From a virus, in IMG/VR virus record IMGVR_UViG_3300028549_001560: DNA of 64,000 nucleotides; one strand, 5' to 3'. This document shows positions 59,584-64,000 of the stretch, one piece after another. Made by a program: the position numbers and the translations under genes. The notes below the pieces were generated by a model that was not told the DNA's origin, searched no databases, and worked only from the letters and a program-made list of their open reading frames with translations. Positions within the stretch are counted from its first letter, which is position 1. The number at the start of each line of letters is the position of its first letter.

Positions 59584-59619
59584 CATATACTATAACGTAT
59601 ATACATTAATAATGTTTGC
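59584..59619 (-). promoter_or_regulatory. Leftward promoter-like repeat, copy 3 (diverged)
   Basis: Plus strand CATATACTATAACGTATATACATTAATAATGTTTGC, about 335 nt upstream of the first leftward gene. Confidence 0.35.
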
Positions 59620-59694
59620 TTCAAAATGAATTATTTTTCAATAAAAATGCAAAATAAGTAAAATTTTTTAAAAATAATTTTATTTCCGTATATA

Positions 59695-59856
59695 TAACAA
59701 GGCGAAACTAAAAAATTTGTTGAAAATTTACGTGACCAAGCGAAACTATAAAAAATTTTGTTGAAGTAAAAAAATAGGCAATATGCATGACTGCGCGAAA
59801 CTATATTTTTTTGGTAGAAATTTTTCTTTTGAATATCCATGACAACGCGAAACTAT
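59695..59856 (+). repeat. Four dispersed copies of the 16-17-nt motif TGACnnnGCGAAACTAT
   Basis: GCGAAACTA occurs at 59702, 59740, 59795 and 59847. It is preceded by TAACaag, TGACcaa, TGACtgc and TGACaac, and the first three copies are followed by A/T runs. Confidence 0.8.
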
Positions 59857-59860
59857 CCTC

Positions 59861-59880
59861 ACCAAGGTACCCCTCCTCAG
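59861..59880 (+). promoter_or_regulatory. Rightward AACCAAG-family box (b); no ORF follows
   Basis: ACCAAGGTACCCCTCCTCAG compared with box e ACCAAGGTACGCACCTCAAA. Confidence 0.35.
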
Positions 59881-60250
59881 TGAGAAAGGGGAACAACCCC
59901 CACAAGGAATGACAGTCAATTGAGTATCTCGAGGATATTCAACGGCTGTCACTTGATCTTCAACAGCACAGACCTAGGCTCAACCGAGTTCACATCCTAT
60001 GTGCTAATCATGTCGTGAGACACAGCTATTCCGCTTTAATCTCTGCTTGGAACGTGTTGGTCGAGTCAAGACCCTAGATACTTGTTTGAACACAGGTAGC
60101 ATTAGTACGGCAGAGAGACCTTCCAATCACACATGGAATGAGCTATAAGCGTAATGATAATGGAGCGTTAGCGATTGACCCGCAGCGAAGCGAGGATCTC
60201 TAAGAGCGTAGCGATATTTCTTTCTTTGCTTCTTTCTTTCTTTGTGATTC

Positions 60251-60288
60251 AACCAAGTCGCACTGTGCACATAGGTAGTGAATATTAA
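60251..60288 (+). promoter_or_regulatory. Rightward bipartite promoter-like cassette (c)
   Basis: AACCAAG-N24-ATATTAA, with 16 nt to ATG 60305. Confidence 0.5.
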
Positions 60289-60304
60289 CTAAAACAATTA
60301 TATC

Positions 60305-60616
60305 ATGAACAACATGTGGAAACTCGCATTAGGACTAATCGGATGTCTTATTGCAATATGGGTTATTGTACGCTCCGATAATGAAACTTATGTGGTTAAT
60401 TATACTACATATCATTACAATCACAAAGAGGATACATTCGCTATTGGGCAGACCAAGTCTTGCAAGATCAGCGTTGATAGGCCTAATTCAGAGTCAGGGA
60501 GAAGGTCTAACAGGGTAACGCAAGACATTCTGTTTGAGACATGGGATTACGAATTATCTACAAGCTCTATAATTGTAGATTCAATTGAAGTAAGTGTAGT
60601 ACAAAGGGTTGATTAG
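60305..60616 (+). CDS. Small membrane-anchored hypothetical protein (103 aa)
   Basis: N-terminal TM MWKLALGLIGCLIAIWVIV. Preceded by the AACCAAG/ATATTAA cassette with 54-nt spacing to the ATG. Confidence 0.6.
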   Translation: MNNMWKLALGLIGCLIAIWVIVRSDNETYVVNYTTYHYNHKEDTFAIGQTKSCKISVDRPNSESGRRSNRVTQDILFETWDYELSTSSIIVDSIEVSVVQRVD

Positions 60617-60712
60617 GTAATGCAGTTTAGACCATAACTAGGTCTCACTGTATTATGCCTTCGGCTTTTTCTATAGAGAGAATGCTATTATGCTTTAATT
60701 TATCGTTAATTT

Positions 60713-60748
60713 AACCAAGCTTCACTGATTTACCACATAGAGTATTAA
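60713..60748 (+). promoter_or_regulatory. Rightward bipartite promoter-like cassette (d)
   Basis: AACCAAG-N22-GTATTAA. The AACCAAG-to-ATG distance is 54 nt, the same as in c, and the leader is shared. Confidence 0.5.
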
Positions 60749-60766
60749 TCAATAAACAATTATATC

Positions 60767-61060
60767 ATGAGATCAGAAGAATTACAAGGAACAGGCGTTA
60801 TCGGTCAAAGAGTTACATTAAATATTGTAGATGCAATAGTATTAAGACAAAAGATCGAAGCCCTAAAAAAGCTATTACCAACCTTCGAAGAGGATGGCAG
60901 ACCAAAAAAGACGGGGTACGACAGGATGAGCAGAGAACAGACTAATGCTCTTATGAGTATATTGGTATTCAATGAGAAACTTATCAACAAATTGGATGTT
61001 GATTTCACTCAGACTGAAAATGAGCTATTTGATGGCAAATGGGACCTATTTAAGGAATAA
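60767..61060 (+). CDS. Small hypothetical protein (97 aa)
   Basis: Preceded by the same cassette and the same leader AAACAATTATATCATGA. Followed by the AGGGTAT...ATACCCT hairpin. Confidence 0.6.
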   Translation: MRSEELQGTGVIGQRVTLNIVDAIVLRQKIEALKKLLPTFEEDGRPKKTGYDRMSREQTNALMSILVFNEKLINKLDVDFTQTENELFDGKWDLFKE

Positions 61061-61072
61061 ACACACACGTAG

Positions 61073-61109
61073 AGGGTATTTAGAGGCGATTTAAGCCACT
61101 TTATACCCT
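61073..61109 (+). terminator. Hairpin/terminator-like element after the 97-aa gene
   Basis: AGGGTAT-N23-ATACCCT followed by TTGCTT. Its loop sequence recurs inverted at 62099-62127. Confidence 0.45.
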
Positions 61110-61211
61110 TTGCTTATGTTTAGTAAAGGAGTTATGCAACCTTTCTTATATCGCATTTAAATAGTATTTTAAGGCATATGAAGAAAATACAGTATCCTTA
61201 ATATTAATCCT

Positions 61212-61249
61212 AACCAAGGTACGCACCTCAAATAAGTAGTGTATATTAA
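61212..61249 (+). promoter_or_regulatory. Rightward bipartite promoter-like cassette (e); followed by a hairpin, not an ORF
   Basis: AACCAAG-N24-ATATTAA, sharing GTAGTG(A/T)ATATTAA with cassette c. Confidence 0.45.
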
Positions 61250-61254
61250 TTAGT

Positions 61255-61298
61255 CTCACTGACATACGAATACTCGTCCAGAGTCGTATCAGAGTGAG
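61255..61298 (+). ncRNA. Candidate short structured RNA or attenuator hairpin downstream of cassette e
   Basis: CTCAC-TG-ac-ATACGA [14-nt loop] TCGTAT-CA-ga-GTGAG gives 13 bp with a 2x2 internal loop. There is no ORF between cassettes e and f. Confidence 0.35.
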
Positions 61299-61315
61299 TC
61301 ATAAAAGTTAATTTA

Positions 61316-61360
61316 AACCAAGTTACACACCTCAGGTAAATGCCGAAATGTAAATATTAA
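61316..61360 (+). promoter_or_regulatory. Rightward bipartite promoter-like cassette (f)
   Basis: AACCAAG-N31-ATATTAA, with 19 nt to ATG 61380. Confidence 0.45.
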
Positions 61361-61379
61361 CCCTTTAAAATATAAGATC

Positions 61380-61805
61380 ATGGCAAAATTCGATATTTAT
61401 CACGCCGAAATTAAGCGCGTGAACAAACCTGGTTCTAAGAACCATGGCAATCCTTACGTAGACATCAAAGCTAAAGAGTCTGGTGTATTCTGGGGAGCTG
61501 AGGAAGCTCATTGCATTCAGCACATCTCAGAAGAGCAGGTTGCTGTAGTGCAAGCAGTGATCGACGCGAAAGCAATTCCGCCTTTGTACGGACAGCACTA
61601 TGTTGCCAACACTCCTCCGTTCAAAACGAAGAGAGATGACGGTACATTCGGTGCAGTTAAAACCTCGATGAAGATTTTCATTCAACACGGAGGTATTGAC
61701 GGTATTAACGGTCCTAAATCCAAGCCAGAAGATGAAGCAATGCGCGTTCTTACAGACATGAGCGATAAGTTCGTCCTTGTCACTAGCGAGCCTGAGGTTA
61801 TCTAA
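61380..61805 (+). CDS. Hypothetical protein (141 aa)
   Basis: Preceded by an AACCAAG/ATATTAA cassette and followed by a strong terminator. Less AT-rich codon usage. Confidence 0.7.
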   Translation: MAKFDIYHAEIKRVNKPGSKNHGNPYVDIKAKESGVFWGAEEAHCIQHISEEQVAVVQAVIDAKAIPPLYGQHYVANTPPFKTKRDDGTFGAVKTSMKIFIQHGGIDGINGPKSKPEDEAMRVLTDMSDKFVLVTSEPEVI

Positions 61806-61848
61806 GCAACTGAGCGCCAGTCCCTGCGGGGATTGGTTGCTCTTTTCT
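61805..61848 (+). terminator. Rho-independent terminator after the 141-aa gene
   Basis: AGCAAC..CCAGTCCC-TGC-GGGGATTGG-TTGCT followed by CTTTTCT. Confidence 0.7.
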
Positions 61849-62098
61849 CGTCCACCAACCAGTCCACTTTATTGTATCGCAAATATTATCCTGAAAAAGT
61901 GATAAATGTGATATGAATTTGGAAATATTAGGTGGGAAATGGGTTAGATAGGGACTATCCTTCCAACCCACCAAACAATCACTTACCTAAATCGTCATTT
62001 ATATATATTCTTTTGATAGTATAATGGCCCTTACGCTTATTTTAAGCTCATAGGATCAATTAACACTATGTTAGTGGTATAAATGTATCAATTGAGAA

Positions 62099-62127
62099 AT
62101 AAGTGTCTTAAATCGCTTTAAAATACC
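62099..62127 (-). repeat. Inverted copy of the 61075-61104 hairpin-loop element
   Basis: The reverse complement GGTATTTTAAAGCGATTTAAGACACTTAT aligns with GGTATTTAGAGGCGATTTAAGCCACTTTAT, including an exact 10-mer GCGATTTAAG. Confidence 0.5.
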
Positions 62128-62393
62128 TTATTTAATGCAACTGTCTTGCTTCTTATGAGCGATTCAAGACAAAGGTTACAAGTCCTCTAAATGCAGAGTA
62201 AATAAATAGAAAGACCGACTGTAATCCAACCACAGTCAACCACTATCCTCGTGGTAATAATAAATTAATAGCCCGCAAGGTTATTTGAGTTGGGATGCTA
62301 CATATGTTCATACCGAAATATATGGAGGATGGTAGTTGGTTCGGCAAGCCACTAGACAAGGGCCTAGTACGATAAAAGACTTTAACTGTAGTC

Positions 62394-62630
62394 ATGTCTG
62401 AACAGTTATTAGCCCAAGCTCCTGGGTACTCGGTTATAGGTGCGATTAAAAAAGCCGAGAAGCACAATAATCAATCAGAACGGTACGTAATCGGGTATGT
62501 ATATTTGTTAGAAGTCGAATCACCTAACAAATATTATACTGACGAGATTACCAGTCACTCCCATGATTCATTACAAAGCATTCGATACATTGGATTAAAC
62601 AGGCCAATAAGATCGTTTGTTAGTACGTGA
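62394..62630 (+). CDS. Questionable small ORF (78 aa)
   Basis: The only plausible ORF in a 1.3-kb ORF-poor stretch. GYVYLLEVESPNKYYTDE faintly resembles GIY...YIG spacing. Weak. Confidence 0.3.
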   Translation: MSEQLLAQAPGYSVIGAIKKAEKHNNQSERYVIGYVYLLEVESPNKYYTDEITSHSHDSLQSIRYIGLNRPIRSFVST

Positions 62631-63204
62631 AGCAAGACTGCCACAATCTAAGACCTCCATAACCTAATAAGGGAATAGGCGGAGGTCGCACTAATGTAGC
62701 CACCGTAATGGGTGAAGGTCCAAAGCCCTTGTAAATACAGATGGATGCAAATAGTTAATATTTATTGAATTAAGTACTAATAACAAATAATCTATAATCG
62801 AAGCAAAGCAACATGAGTGTCTTGAAACAACATAGTGTAAATCATAGCAGTGGTTGAATGTTTTGGTAGATGTAATGTTTAGGCTTGTGAAATTGTAAGA
62901 TTAATAACCTTATCTAAATTAGCATTAAGCGAATAAAAAGCGAAAGATAAATCCTAAATTATTATTCCACTCTGCATAAGTGGATAGAGATTTTTTAAAA
63001 AATAAAGCCTGGATATTGGTGCTAACGAGTCGTCATATCGAATCGACCAGGACTGAAGATACCGCAGACACTTAGGTATTCGCTCTAAACATTGATAGCG
63101 ATAAATAAATTAGATACTAATCCTGAATTAACGGGATGTGCAGGAGAGGACTGATAAGCCTCCCACCATAAGTCATGGAGTAATCCTAGTATAGATGTAC
63201 ATTG

Positions 63205-63747
63205 CTACGATAAGTTGTGAGCCTCTCGATGACAATTCGAACAAAGAAGCACACACTTATCTAGTTCTGTTTTTAAGCTATCACTAAGCCCGCCGCGCAT
63301 ATTAAAATAGCGCCTATCTTTTTCAGATGGATTTATATGATGAAAATCAAGAGCGGCAATACATTTGTTATAACCGCAATAAGAACAACAGCCACCTTTA
63401 TATTCAACTGCAAGTTCTTTAGTCTTTCTTTGGCGAGAAAGATTTGATTTAACAATACAGTCCTTGCAATAGGACCCGCTTTTTTTTGAGAAATAGAAAC
63501 ATATTCTAGGTTTAGATAAATTACATTTTGGACATAATTTACATAAGGTTTCTTTATTTAGAGATCTGACTGTCTTTAAGTCATATTTTTTAAGCCAATA
63601 TCTTATATTTGGTTGGGTTGTATTAAGCTCAGAGGCGATTTGCCAGGTACTAAAATTCTTTTCAATTAGAGATGCGAGTATAGTTTTTTCCATTGTAATG
63701 ATATTTATATTATATATAACGTGTAAAGCCATGAATTTGTTGCTCAA
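63205..63747 (-). CDS. Free-standing HNH homing-type endonuclease with N-terminal HTH and a zinc-ribbon (probable start ATG 63693)
   Basis: HTH FSTWQIASELNTTQPNIRYWLKKY. CKLCPKC...CKDC. HNH core CCSYCGYNKCIAALDFHHINP...LLCSNCHREAH. Confidence 0.85.
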   Translation of the reverse strand: MSNKFMALHVIYNINIITMEKTILASLIEKNFSTWQIASELNTTQPNIRYWLKKYDLKTVRSLNKETLCKLCPKCNLSKPRICFYFSKKSGSYCKDCIVKSNLSRQRKTKELAVEYKGGCCSYCGYNKCIAALDFHHINPSEKDRRYFNMRGGLSDSLKTELDKCVLLCSNCHREAHNLS

Positions 63748-64000
63748 AGGAGTAAAATAAAGTCGAAAAACATTGACTCGACTATAAATAAGAATGGAAA
63801 TTGAAAGATTTCATGTGTTGCAGCCTTGAGAAAGCTGTCCCTCGAAGAGGATTAGTAGTCCTACAACACAAATGAGTCTCAGCAAGATGATTACAGTGAG
63901 TACAGTGACTCTTTAATTGGTAACAATTATTGGAAGAGGTAGCTTTAATCATCGTGACCCTACTTACTCTTACATGTAACTTAGATGTATATAAGACAAG

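Noticed and set aside
59695-59856. Possible CRISPR-like array.
   Set aside because: The repeats are only ~16 nt with irregular spacing of 38-55 nt. The inter-repeat segments are related to each other, and no cas genes are present.
59631-59952. Two overlapping minus-strand ORFs (69 and 68 aa) across the GCGAAACTA repeat array.
   Set aside because: They are built from A/T runs and repeat copies, with Phe/Lys/Ile-rich or otherwise implausible translations. No start context is present. The region is better explained as regulatory DNA.
62243-62467. 74-aa minus-strand ORF.
   Set aside because: It has Cys/Pro/Ser-rich composition that is atypical for this genome, overlaps the equally weak plus-strand 78-aa ORF and has no upstream signal.
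63785-64000. Minus-strand frame open from the right window edge for 72 codons (…CYQLKSHCTHCNHLAETHLCC…).
   Set aside because: It could be the tail of a gene entering from the right. However, its composition (Cys/His/Thr/Arg-rich, less AT-rich) is unlike the phage's proteins. It also coincides with the three-way-junction RNA structure. Treated as non-coding pending contig extension.
1-64000. Stop-codon reassignment (TAG or TGA recoding), as described for some crAss-like lineages.
   Set aside because: ORFs of 4,630, 1,787, >=1,454 and 1,111 codons are intact in the standard code. The only in-frame interruption, in terL, is better explained by an intron-like insert with stops in all frames.
59250-64000. 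tRNA genes or a diversity-generating retroelement in the non-coding stretches.
   Set aside because: No cloverleaf-compatible sequence with T-loop (GTTCRANYC) or D-loop signatures was found by eye. No reverse-transcriptase ORF or template/variable repeat pair was seen. A tRNAscan/Infernal run is still advisable.

Overview
This window reads as most of the late/structural arm and the divergent control region of a crAss-like (Crassvirales-type) podophage with an AT-rich genome. All calls rest on motif recognition and manual translation; no database search was run.

Positions 1-59,250 form one nearly gap-free minus-strand gene block. In transcription order it holds:
- small DNA-metabolism and accessory genes: RNase H, dUTPase, an HU/IHF-like protein, a RusA-like protein and a SEC-C-motif protein;
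- a large terminase gene interrupted by both a LAGLIDADG intein and a short ORF-less, group-I-like intron;
- portal, an acidic scaffold-like protein and a major-capsid candidate;
- a tail-fibre cluster with collagen-like and BspA-type LRR proteins;
- an embedded lysis cassette and large tail proteins;
- a 4,630-aa protein carrying the DFDID motif of the crAss-type virion RNA polymerase, an HExxH zincin motif and a C-terminal alpha/beta module;
- a second giant ORF (>=1,454 codons) that runs off the left edge and is missing from the supplied ORF track.

Positions 59,250-64,000 are different. They are visibly less AT-rich, ORF-poor and dense in hairpins. They contain three families of repeated promoter/operator-like motifs, four small plus-strand genes, several ORF-free candidate RNA units and a free-standing HNH endonuclease.

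No tRNA, rRNA, CRISPR array, integrase or stop-codon recoding was seen.
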